A stretch of DNA of 48,886 bases from Kiritimatiellia bacterium (lineage in GTDB: Bacteria; Verrucomicrobiota; Kiritimatiellia; RFP12; JAAYLN01), in assembly GCA_028718445.1 (NCBI GenBank), contig JAQULY010000001.1, forward strand, positions 1 to 48,886. The letters run 5' to 3'. A program made the translations under genes and the position numbers. Below the pieces are notes generated by a model. That model was not told where the DNA came from and did no database searches. It saw only the letters and a list, made by a program, of their open reading frames with translations. Numbering within the stretch: position 1 is the stretch's first letter; every line of letters starts with the position of its first letter. Below, one piece after another: positions 36,325 to 44,414 of the stretch.

Positions 36325-38448
36325 ATGACGTTCTTGCTTACCATTTTGACGGTTTCCGCCCTGGTGTTCGGCCTGTCACTGATCCGTCAGCGAGCCGCAA
36401 ACGGGTGGCGTGAGGCGTTGCTCGTACTTTTTGCCGTCGTTTACGCCGGCATCATGGTGGTGTCGGAGGCCCTTTCACTCGTCAACCGTTACCACCGCGG
36501 CCCGATTGCGTGTATCGTGGCCGTGGTTTCGGTCGGCGTGATCGTTCTGGCGGTCAAGCGGAAGAGTGCGCGGATGTTCGCAGGGGTTCGCTTCGCGTGG
36601 CGGGCTTGGACCGGACCGTTGTCCCGCTGGGAGCGTATGGCTGTCTACGTTGTGCTCACCGCCATCTGTCTAAAGGGGGCTGAGAGTGTGCTGCTCCCTC
36701 CAACCACACAGGATGCGCTTGTCTATCATATTCCGCGTTACCTGCACTGGTTCGAGCACGGCAATCTCGCGTTCTACGATACGGCCATCCAGCGGCAAAA
36801 CTACATCGCGCCAGGGTTCAGCCAGTTGCTCGCCTGCGCCGATGCGATAGCGAACGGAGACCGGTTGTTCCATCTGATCCAACTCTGCGCGTTTCTGGCA
36901 CTAGCCGCCGGCAGTACGTTGCTGGCAGGGGAGTGCGGTGCAGGCGTTCGCGGACAGGTGCTGACGGGTATTCTTGTGTGCACCACTCCGGTCACGCTGG
37001 CACAGACCACGACCGTGTACTGCGACATCCTGTCGGCTGCGTCGCTGGTCGCGTTCAGTTACTTCTATCTGCGGAACCTGCGCGAGGGGAGAGTGACGCA
37101 ATCCACAGCGTGGGCGGGTGTCATGGCCGGATTGGCGGTGCTCAGCAAGACACAAGGCCTTCTGTTTGTGCCCATCCTGGCATGCGCCATAGGTAGTGTG
37201 GCGTTGCTGCGTTCGGACTGGCGGGGCAGGAAGGAGCGAATGCGGGTAACGGTTGCTGTCGCGTTGCTGGCCGGCTGTTTTCTGGTTCCCCACACGATGC
37301 GGAATTTCAGTTATTACGGGCGCCCCTCGGGGTGCGCCGAGTCGGACACGATCCTGCGTTACCCGTTCTCACCCCCCAACTGGGCCTACACACTGACATG
37401 TCGGACGGCCGATGTAAGCGCTCTGCCGATTCCATCACTAAATCGCAGAATCGGTCGCGCCATTGGGCGGCTGTTCCCGAACTGTTCCGCCAATCCGCGC
37501 CTCCATTTCCTTGATACGTCTTATTCGCACAGCACGGGATCGCTGACATCGGCGACAACCGGCACGTTCTTCCTCAGTCTGGCTGTGTGCCTGCTCGGCG
37601 GTGTAGCGCTTGTGCGTAATCGGGATGTGTGGGGAGGAGCGTTAATGCTCGGCTGCTTCGCCTGTTTCACGGCCTTTTCCGCCCTCATCATTTGGATGCC
37701 TTGGGACAACCGCTTTTTCAACGGGCTGTTTGCCATTGGCGTCGCCGTCAGCGTTGCCGCGTGCGAAAAGCGATGGTCCGCGCGGCGCGGGCGCCGCGCG
37801 CTGGCGATCCTGGCGTCCGTTTTGGCCCTGCCCGCGATCGGGGTCAACGCCGCCACCTATGTTCCGGCGTTGGCCTATGCCTCCCTGGAAAAGTTCGAAC
37901 CGGGAAGCGGCGGGCGGCGCGTGCGGGACGCGGTGCGCGACGGCTCCTTGTTTCGCAAGATTCGCACGCCGCCTCCGGGGATCGCGCCGGAACTGCGACG
38001 CGGGTACCATTACCTGCTGGTGCGGCGCGAGCGGCTCTATTGGGGAGCAGGGACAGCATCGCAACTCTTCCTCGGCCCCGCCTATACGGACGTTGTCGCC
38101 TTCCTTGAATCCGCCGTAAAGGACGGATGCTTGCCTGACATCACGTTCTTCCCCTACGATTCGTCCTCACGTTTTTCTTTGGACCTGGAATATCACTATT
38201 GGCGCCTGGCCCGCGGGAAGCGACCGCGCCTGACGTTTGTGGCGTCAAGCCGTGACTATCCGGCCGGAGCGGTAGCGGTCGGAGAGCGGGCACGACTGGC
38301 GGTTTGCGCACTGGAAGCGGTTTCCCCCTCAACCTATTTGCAGGGCGCTCAGAGCGTCCGCGTATACACCAACCGTCTGTTTGCGGTATACCGGAATGAA
38401 GGCCCGGAAACTCGCAGTGCGGCCGTCAATGGCGGAAAAGGCAAGTGA
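36325..38448 (+). CDS. large polytopic membrane protein, putative GT-C-type (ArnT/PMT-like) glycosyltransferase
   Basis: Over 10 predicted TM segments. First loop has QDALVYHIPRY, resembling the D/E-x-x-Y loop-1 motif of GT39/GT83 enzymes. About 200-aa soluble C-terminal domain. Followed directly (TGAAATG) by a polyprenyl-phosphate-sugar-synthase-like GT2. The function call is inference. Confidence 0.4.
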   Translation: MTFLLTILTVSALVFGLSLIRQRAANGWREALLVLFAVVYAGIMVVSEALSLVNRYHRGPIACIVAVVSVGVIVLAVKRKSARMFAGVRFAWRAWTGPLSRWERMAVYVVLTAICLKGAESVLLPPTTQDALVYHIPRYLHWFEHGNLAFYDTAIQRQNYIAPGFSQLLACADAIANGDRLFHLIQLCAFLALAAGSTLLAGECGAGVRGQVLTGILVCTTPVTLAQTTTVYCDILSAASLVAFSYFYLRNLREGRVTQSTAWAGVMAGLAVLSKTQGLLFVPILACAIGSVALLRSDWRGRKERMRVTVAVALLAGCFLVPHTMRNFSYYGRPSGCAESDTILRYPFSPPNWAYTLTCRTADVSALPIPSLNRRIGRAIGRLFPNCSANPRLHFLDTSYSHSTGSLTSATTGTFFLSLAVCLLGGVALVRNRDVWGGALMLGCFACFTAFSALIIWMPWDNRFFNGLFAIGVAVSVAACEKRWSARRGRRALAILASVLALPAIGVNAATYVPALAYASLEKFEPGSGGRRVRDAVRDGSLFRKIRTPPPGIAPELRRGYHYLLVRRERLYWGAGTASQLFLGPAYTDVVAFLESAVKDGCLPDITFFPYDSSSRFSLDLEYHYWRLARGKRPRLTFVASSRDYPAGAVAVGERARLAVCALEAVSPSTYLQGAQSVRVYTNRLFAVYRNEGPETRSAAVNGGKGK

Positions 38449-38449
38449 A

Positions 38450-39157
38450 ATGAATAAACTCTCCATCATCGTGCCGGCCTACAACGAAGAGAAAACGCTT
38501 GAAAAGATCATTGCCGAGGTGATGGCGGTCGCTCTGTCCGGCCTGGAACGGGAAGTGGTCATCATTGACGATTGTTCCAGAGATGCGACCTATCAGGTGA
38601 TGGAACGTCTGCGTGAGCGTTACCCGGAACAGATCAAAATCCTGCGTCATCCGCAAAACATGGGGAAAGGCGCCGCCTTGCAGACGGGAATCCGTGCCGC
38701 CAGCGGCGACATCCTGATCATCCAGGACGCCGATCTGGAATACGACCCGCACGAATACCTGAAAATGATTCTTCCCATTCTGGAGGACAAGGCGGATGTC
38801 GTCTTCGGTTCCCGTTTCATGGGAGATCAGCCCCACCGCGTGCTCTATTTCTGGCACAGAGTCGGCAATGGTTTCTTGACGCTGCTTTCCAATATGTTCA
38901 CCAATCTGAATTTGACCGACATGGAGACCTGCTATAAGGCTTTCCGTTCTGATATCATCAGGAGAATCACTATACAGGAAAAGCGTTTTGGATTTGAACC
39001 AGAGATAACAGCGAAGGTGGCGCATTTGAAGTGCTGCATTTATGAGGTCGGGATTTCTTACAGCGGCAGAACTTATGATGAGGGGAAGAAAATCGGGTGG
39101 CTGGATGGTTGCCGCGCCATTTGGTGCATTTTGAAATACAACCTCTGGGCACGGTAA
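38450..39157 (+). CDS. GT2 polyprenyl-phosphate glycosyltransferase (DPM1/ArnC/GtrB-like, soluble form)
   Basis: LSIIVPAYNEEKTLEKII, VIIDDCSRDAT, IIQDADLEYDP, FGSRF motifs. 236 aa from ATG 38450. GC visibly lower than neighbouring genes, especially the last 300 nt. Confidence 0.8.
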   Translation: MNKLSIIVPAYNEEKTLEKIIAEVMAVALSGLEREVVIIDDCSRDATYQVMERLRERYPEQIKILRHPQNMGKGAALQTGIRAASGDILIIQDADLEYDPHEYLKMILPILEDKADVVFGSRFMGDQPHRVLYFWHRVGNGFLTLLSNMFTNLNLTDMETCYKAFRSDIIRRITIQEKRFGFEPEITAKVAHLKCCIYEVGISYSGRTYDEGKKIGWLDGCRAIWCILKYNLWAR

Positions 39158-39183
39158 GAAAACACAAGGAACGTACCGAATTT

Positions 39184-39880
39184 GTGACAAGAGAAAAACA
39201 AAACGACTATTCAGGCAAAGACCTTGAAGCCATGAGTATTGCCAGAAACTGCAGGTCATGGATTGTGAATGGCTTTGGGCAGTTTCTGCGTAGTGATGTG
39301 GTAGAGATTGGACCTGGAATCGGGAATATGTCCCGCATGATTGTGCAGCACTCCGTCAACAGTCTGACAGTGTATGAGCGTTCCGAAAGCATGTTTTCAC
39401 AAATGAGCAATAATCTCAGTGACCATAATGGCATAGTAAAAGTCAACGACTACTTCCATTCTGCTGCTGAAAAGCAGTCTGATACGATTTGTATATCAAT
39501 GTGTTAGAACATGTTGAGGACGAAGCTGCTGAACATGCGACCGTATAGACGCGCTTAAATATGGAGGCCACCTTATTACTTTCGTCCCTGCCATGCCCTT
39601 ACTGTACGGTGATTTTGACCGGAAGGTTGGGCATATCCGCTGCTACAGAAGAAAAGGATAACGGGAATTGGTCTCTCAATCCGGATTGCATGTGAAGGCT
39701 GTGCGTTATTTCGATGTCGCCGGGATAGTACCATGGTTTCTGTATTGTGAGCTTCTGAAGAAAACGATGTTGAAAGACAGCGTAAGAATTTATGGTAGAT
39801 TCATAGTTCCAGGGATGAAAACTGTTGAGAGATTTGTACCACCTCCTGTTGGCAAGAAATGTCTCACTTGTTGCCAAACA
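39184..39880 (+). pseudogene. decayed class I SAM-dependent methyltransferase
   Basis: Motif I VVEIGPGIGNMS reads in one frame up to TAG 39505-39507. The expected continuation NVLEHVEDE is in a shifted frame. (L)KYGGHLITFVPA...GHIRCYRRKG runs in a third frame, interrupted by an in-frame TAA (39659-39661), then RELVSQSGLHVKAVRYFDVAGIVPWF.... That makes at least 2 frameshifts plus premature stops. Confidence 0.75.
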
Positions 39881-39974
39881 AATACAACACAACCGATTTT
39901 GCGTGCTGTAAGATCACGTTCTTTACCTGCGATTCGTCCACCAAGGTTATGTGGACACAAAATACTACTATTGA

Positions 39975-40300
39975 CGTCTGGATTACGTGTACACCAACCG
40001 CCCGTTCGATGCATACCGGAATGAAGGCCTAGCTACTCACAGGCCGGCCGACAATTGCGGAAAAGACCGATGAAATGAAGAAAGTGTTCGCGCTGAAATC
40101 GTCCGCGAACTCCAGATTGAGCAGAGCAGGTTCGGGTTCGAAGCAGAGATCACGGCAAGGGCAGCGCGGCCACGGTGCCGGATCTACGAGGCCGGAATCT
40201 CCAATGCCGGACGCACGTATGAAAAGGGCAAGAAGATCGGCTGGCAGGACTGGCATGCGTGCTATCCGGTGCATCTTGAAATACAGTCTGTGGCTCCGTG
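39975..40300 (+). pseudogene. ghost copy of the (membrane protein 3' end)-TGAAATG-(GT2) junction, with an internal GT2 deletion and a frameshift
   Basis: 38362-38458 aligns without gaps to 39987-40083 (76 of 97 identical in my hand alignment), including the stop/start junction. 40084-40299 then encodes VRAEIVRELQIEQSRFGFEAEITA...RIYEAGIS.AGRTYEKGKKIGWQDW / RAIRCILKYSLWLR, homologous to the last ~72 aa of the intact GT2 but split by a 1-nt frameshift. Confidence 0.75.
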
Positions 40301-40359
40301 ACGTCGTAGACTGTATGAGAAAGGGTCAAATGTGCTCATAGCCATTTACTGACGCATCT

Positions 40360-41241
40360 ATGAAAGCTATCTTACGACTATTTCAAACGTTCAATTACAT
40401 CAGCAGTCATCCTCTGAATAAGAAAACGGGTGGAGGACTTCTGCGCTGGTTCCGGTGGCAGTTAGGAACGCGAATCTTGCCCTACGGCATTGTAGTCCCA
40501 TTTGTAGAGGACACTCGTCTTATTCTGCAAAAGGGCATGTTTGCAAACTACTATTGTGGGGTAGACGAGTTCGAAGAGATGTTCTTCCTGTTACATTTTC
40601 TTCGCGATTCCGACGTCTTTGCAGACGTAGGCGCAAATATAGGTTCTTATACAGTTCTTGCCTCGGGTGTATGTGGTGCAAAAACCTATTGCTTTGAGCC
40701 ATGCTCTCAAACGTACAAAAGGCTTTGCGACAATATTGTGTTAAACGAGATCGGCAGCAGGGTTCAAGCCTATAATCTGGCGATGGGTGCATCGAAGGGT
40801 GAAGTCCTATTTACTCAGTCGCTTGGATCGATGAATCATGTTGCTGCAAGACAAGAAGCAGGTACAGCGATCAGACAAGTGAATATCGACACTCTAGATT
40901 CAATACTGGGAAACGAAATTCCGCGCCTATTGAAGATTGATGTAGAAGGCTTTGAAACCGAAGTGATCATGGGAGCCGATCGAATACTCGCGTCCGAGAA
41001 TTGTGAGGCAATAGTCATGGAGTTTGGTGTCGGAAGTCGACTTGGCTATGACGAATTCAAGTTGTATCAGAAAGTTCTCGGCTACGGCTTTCGACCTTGC
41101 TCATATAGCCCTGACACCCGCAAACTGACTGAATGCAAAAGTGATGCAATCTGTTCCGGTCCATTTGTAAAGAATGTAGACAGCGCGGCTTCGCGGCTTC
41201 GACAGGCCTCCGCGAAACGAGTAAATGGTGTTTTGATCTAG
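40360..41241 (+). CDS. FkbM family methyltransferase
   Basis: FADVGANIGSYTVLAS and LKIDVEGFETEVIMGA motifs. Low-GC gene. Confidence 0.8.
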   Translation: MKAILRLFQTFNYISSHPLNKKTGGGLLRWFRWQLGTRILPYGIVVPFVEDTRLILQKGMFANYYCGVDEFEEMFFLLHFLRDSDVFADVGANIGSYTVLASGVCGAKTYCFEPCSQTYKRLCDNIVLNEIGSRVQAYNLAMGASKGEVLFTQSLGSMNHVAARQEAGTAIRQVNIDTLDSILGNEIPRLLKIDVEGFETEVIMGADRILASENCEAIVMEFGVGSRLGYDEFKLYQKVLGYGFRPCSYSPDTRKLTECKSDAICSGPFVKNVDSAASRLRQASAKRVNGVLI

Positions 41242-41270
41242 AGCGGAGATTAGCGAGTAGGTGTAGAAAT

Positions 41271-42227
41271 ATGCTCAATACCATCGCAGTTCTTGTCCCG
41301 TACTTTGGGGCATTGCCATCAATGTTTCCGCTGTGGGTATTGTCGTGCAAAATGAATCCCAATATCGATTGGCTAGTCTTTACCGATGATCAGGTGGCCT
41401 GCAAAGTGCCCAATAATGTTAGAATCGTCTCCACAACATTTGACGCAATGAGGGAAAGAATACAGGCATGTTTCCCATTCCACATTAAACTTGATTCGCC
41501 TTGGGGCCTTTGTGCCTTCAGACCAGCATATGGGGAAATTTTTAAGCAAGAGTTAGAGGGATACAATTTCTGGGGGTATTGTGATTTGGATGTAGTTTTC
41601 GGCGACCTATCCAAGTTTATCACCGGAGAAATCCTTAATGCATACGACAAGATTTTACCGCTGGGGCACCTCGCACTGTATCGAAATCAACCCTCTGTAA
41701 CACAAGCATATAGGCTCAGAACAGAAGCAGGCGAGGTTCTGTATCAGAAGGCGTTTTCTATGGGAACAGTCGCTTGTTTTGATGAAATCGGCATAAACGA
41801 CATTTTCAAGGCCAATGGCCTGCATCTGTACAGTAAAACCATATTCGCCGACTTTGTTCATCGAAGTTACTTGTTTTCGTTACTATACTTCAACAACGAT
41901 CTCAAGCACGGCACCAAACGACACATTTTCAGTTGGCAGGATGGCGTCTTGACCAGGCACTATCTCGTTGAAGGGGATGTCTATACTGAAGAGTTTGCAT
42001 ACATACATTTTTGCAGACGCCTTATGAGAGTGGATGTTGATGTCAGCAAAACGGAGCAACGCTTCTGCATTATACCTAATCGATTTGTGCGCTTCCCAAA
42101 CAAACTAGATGGGAATTACATCTTGCGGAACACAAAGAATCGTTTCTATTGGTCGTATTGGAAACCACGAATTACGCCAAAGCATCTCTACAGAAGAATG
42201 GTGGGATGTGTCAAAGAGTTGGCGTAG
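41271..42227 (+). CDS. putative polysaccharide-locus glycosyltransferase-like protein (DUF6625-type by recollection)
   Basis: IAVLVPYFGALPSMFPLWVLSCKMNPNIDWLVFTDD and WGYCDLDVVFGDL motifs, which I recall from uncharacterised EPS/CPS-locus proteins. Low-GC gene. Confidence 0.5.
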   Translation: MLNTIAVLVPYFGALPSMFPLWVLSCKMNPNIDWLVFTDDQVACKVPNNVRIVSTTFDAMRERIQACFPFHIKLDSPWGLCAFRPAYGEIFKQELEGYNFWGYCDLDVVFGDLSKFITGEILNAYDKILPLGHLALYRNQPSVTQAYRLRTEAGEVLYQKAFSMGTVACFDEIGINDIFKANGLHLYSKTIFADFVHRSYLFSLLYFNNDLKHGTKRHIFSWQDGVLTRHYLVEGDVYTEEFAYIHFCRRLMRVDVDVSKTEQRFCIIPNRFVRFPNKLDGNYILRNTKNRFYWSYWKPRITPKHLYRRMVGCVKELA

Positions 42228-42317
42228 GGGTTTCGCATGGACGATCAGTAGTGGATGATGCGGGCCGTAGCGACATGAGCGTGTGCCGGATTGGCGTGTG
42301 GATCTCGAGGTCCTAGT

Positions 42318-42887
42318 GTGCAACTTGAGTTGGCCAGTTATCAGAACCGGCATTCGCTTCGCTCGAAAGTGGTGCGAGCGTTGTGGAACGTGGTCTGGTT
42401 GCTGCTGTTTCGTCCTACTCCACGCGGAGTTCTAAACGGCTGGCGCATCTGCCTGCTTCGTCTGTTCGGTGCCAAAATCGGAGCGCATTGCGTGGTTCAC
42501 CCGTCATGCAGGATATGGCAGCCATGGAAATTGGTGATGGGCGACTATGTGGCGCTCTCCGAGCGCGTGGACTGCTATACAGTTGACGCCATTACGCTTG
42601 GCGATTGCGTGACAGTCAGCCAGGATGCTTTCTTGTGTTGCGCTTCGCACGACATCACATCGCCGACAATGGAACTGACGCACGCACCAATCCTGATCCA
42701 GTCGCAGGCGTGGGTGGCAGCGCGAGCGTTTGTGGGGCCGGGAGTCGTGATAGGAAGCGGAGCGGTGATAGGGGCGTGCGCGGTTGTCACGAAGAATGTC
42801 GCCGATTGGACAGTGATGGTTGGAAATCCGGCCAGCGCCGTCCGACGGCGAGTTCTGCGGACCGGAGAGCAAGCGTGTGACCTTTGA
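42318..42887 (+). CDS. WcaF-like hexapeptide-repeat O-acetyltransferase
   Basis: Colinear with the E. coli WcaF pattern: ...WRICLLRLFGAKIG..V.PS..I..PWKL..GDY...S....YT...ITLG......Q...LC..SHD... No ATG is available. GTG 42318 (GAGG 7 nt upstream) preferred over TTG 42291. Confidence 0.8.
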   Translation: MQLELASYQNRHSLRSKVVRALWNVVWLLLFRPTPRGVLNGWRICLLRLFGAKIGAHCVVHPSCRIWQPWKLVMGDYVALSERVDCYTVDAITLGDCVTVSQDAFLCCASHDITSPTMELTHAPILIQSQAWVAARAFVGPGVVIGSGAVIGACAVVTKNVADWTVMVGNPASAVRRRVLRTGEQACDL

Positions 42888-43440
42888 AGACTACAAGCCT
42901 GTTCAGACTGGCACGATCCCAAGCCGTCTGAAGGTTGCGGCGATTGCCTGGCGACTGGTAAATGCAACAGCGTTTCGATACAGTCCATTTTTCAGCCGTG
43001 GTTGGCGGCGGCTATTGCTCCGCGCGTTCGGAGCGGACATACACCACACGACTTCGGCCAACCGATTGGCGGTCATTGATTATCCCTGGAACCTGAGGAT
43101 GGGAGCATGGTCATCGTTGGGTCCGCATAGTTGGACATATGCCCTCGCGCCCATCACAATAGGCGCGAAGACCTGTGTTGGAGATGGGGTCAGACTGCTG
43201 ACGGGAAGCCATGATATTGAGGATTGCCAGTTCGGGTTGCTCGTATCGCCCATCGCGATTGGTTCCTGTTGTTGGGTGGCAACGGGTGCGACGGTCTTGC
43301 CGGGCGTCACGATTGGCGAGGGGGCCGTTGTCGGCGCATGCGCGGTTGTGACGAAGGATGTGCCGGCGTGGACGGTGGTGGCGGGCAACCCGGCACGGGA
43401 GGTGAAGAAGCGTGTGATGCGCGAGGAAAGGCGCGGGTGA
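42877..43440 (+). CDS. second WcaF-like hexapeptide-repeat O-acetyltransferase (tandem paralog)
   Basis: WRRLLLRAFGADI...YPWNLRMGAWSSLG...LLTGSHDIEDCQF...GNPAREVKKR. Start uncertain: GTG 42877 (11-nt overlap) or TTG 42820 (68-nt overlap). Confidence 0.75.
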   Translation: MTFEDYKPVQTGTIPSRLKVAAIAWRLVNATAFRYSPFFSRGWRRLLLRAFGADIHHTTSANRLAVIDYPWNLRMGAWSSLGPHSWTYALAPITIGAKTCVGDGVRLLTGSHDIEDCQFGLLVSPIAIGSCCWVATGATVLPGVTIGEGAVVGACAVVTKDVPAWTVVAGNPAREVKKRVMREERRG

Positions 43441-43502
43441 CGCAGGCCTTGTTGCGATCGCACGGTGGCGGCAATGAGGAGTGCGAGAGTCGGGGAAGAC
43501 AT

Positions 43503-44369
43503 ATGGACAAGGTGCCGGTATCCGTATTCGTTCCGGTCAAGAACGAGAAGGCCAACATCGAGCGTTGTCTGTCGAACCTGCAATGGGCGGACGAAGTCTT
43601 TGTCGTGGATAGCGGCAGCACGGACGGAACGGTGGAGTTGGCTGAAAAGCATGGCGCCAAGGTCGTGCAGTTCCACTTCAACGGCACGTATCCGAAGAAG
43701 AAGAACTGGGCGCTGGAAAACCTGCCGTTCCGCAACGAGTGGGTGTTGCTTGTGGATGCCGACGAGGTCTTTCCTTCCGATCTGCAGGCGCAGATCGCCG
43801 AAAAGGTGAGAAGACCCGATGCTGACGGGTATTACGTTCATTTCACTTTCATGTTCATGGGGCGGCCAATCCGCCATTGCGGTTATGCCTCGCTGTGGCT
43901 GGTGCGTTTGTTCCGCCACAAGCTGGGACGGTTCGAGAGAATGCCGACCGCGCCCGGCGGTCGCACTGGCGACATCGAGATGCATGAACATCTGATTCTC
44001 GAAGGGGTGACGAAACGTCTCTCGGGAAGCGTGCTGCATTATGCCTACCCGACGATAGATACCTGGGTCACGAAACACAATCTGTACTCGAACTGGGAGG
44101 CAGAATTGTATGAGAAATTCGTGTCGGGGGCCTTTCGCGAGGGCGAGGGGCACATCAACCGCGCGAAACGCATCAAGCGGCGCGTCAAAGGCATATATTT
44201 GCGTCTGCCGTTCCGTTATGGGTTACGGTTTCTATACCACTACATCCTGCGTCTGGGATTTCTGGACGGCAAGCCGGGTTTTATTTTCTCGGTGTTGCTG
44301 AGCTTTTACGATTTTATGGCTTGGGCGAAAGTCCAGGAGCGCCGCCTCCTGGCGGCCAAGCCCGGTTAA
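43503..44369 (+). CDS. glycosyltransferase family 2
   Basis: VSVFVPVKNEKANIERCLSNLQWADEVFVVDSGSTDGT..., LLVDADE. Internal ATG 43503 chosen. Confidence 0.85.
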   Translation: MDKVPVSVFVPVKNEKANIERCLSNLQWADEVFVVDSGSTDGTVELAEKHGAKVVQFHFNGTYPKKKNWALENLPFRNEWVLLVDADEVFPSDLQAQIAEKVRRPDADGYYVHFTFMFMGRPIRHCGYASLWLVRLFRHKLGRFERMPTAPGGRTGDIEMHEHLILEGVTKRLSGSVLHYAYPTIDTWVTKHNLYSNWEAELYEKFVSGAFREGEGHINRAKRIKRRVKGIYLRLPFRYGLRFLYHYILRLGFLDGKPGFIFSVLLSFYDFMAWAKVQERRLLAAKPG

Positions 44370-44414
44370 CGCCTGCGATTGGCGCGGCGCGCTCACTCCA
44401 ATGGAAGGGTAGTC

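Noticed and set aside
39097-40024. ORFs 39097-39507 and 39668-40024 as two separate small genes
   Set aside because: Together with an intervening shifted frame they reconstitute the ordered motifs of one class I methyltransferase. They are pieces of a single decayed gene.
40075-40341. 88-aa ORF as an independent small gene
   Set aside because: Its ATG and 5' flank copy the GT2 start region at 38450. Its C-terminal RAIRCILKYSLWLR is the frameshifted tail of a GT2 remnant. It is better explained as a pseudogene fragment.
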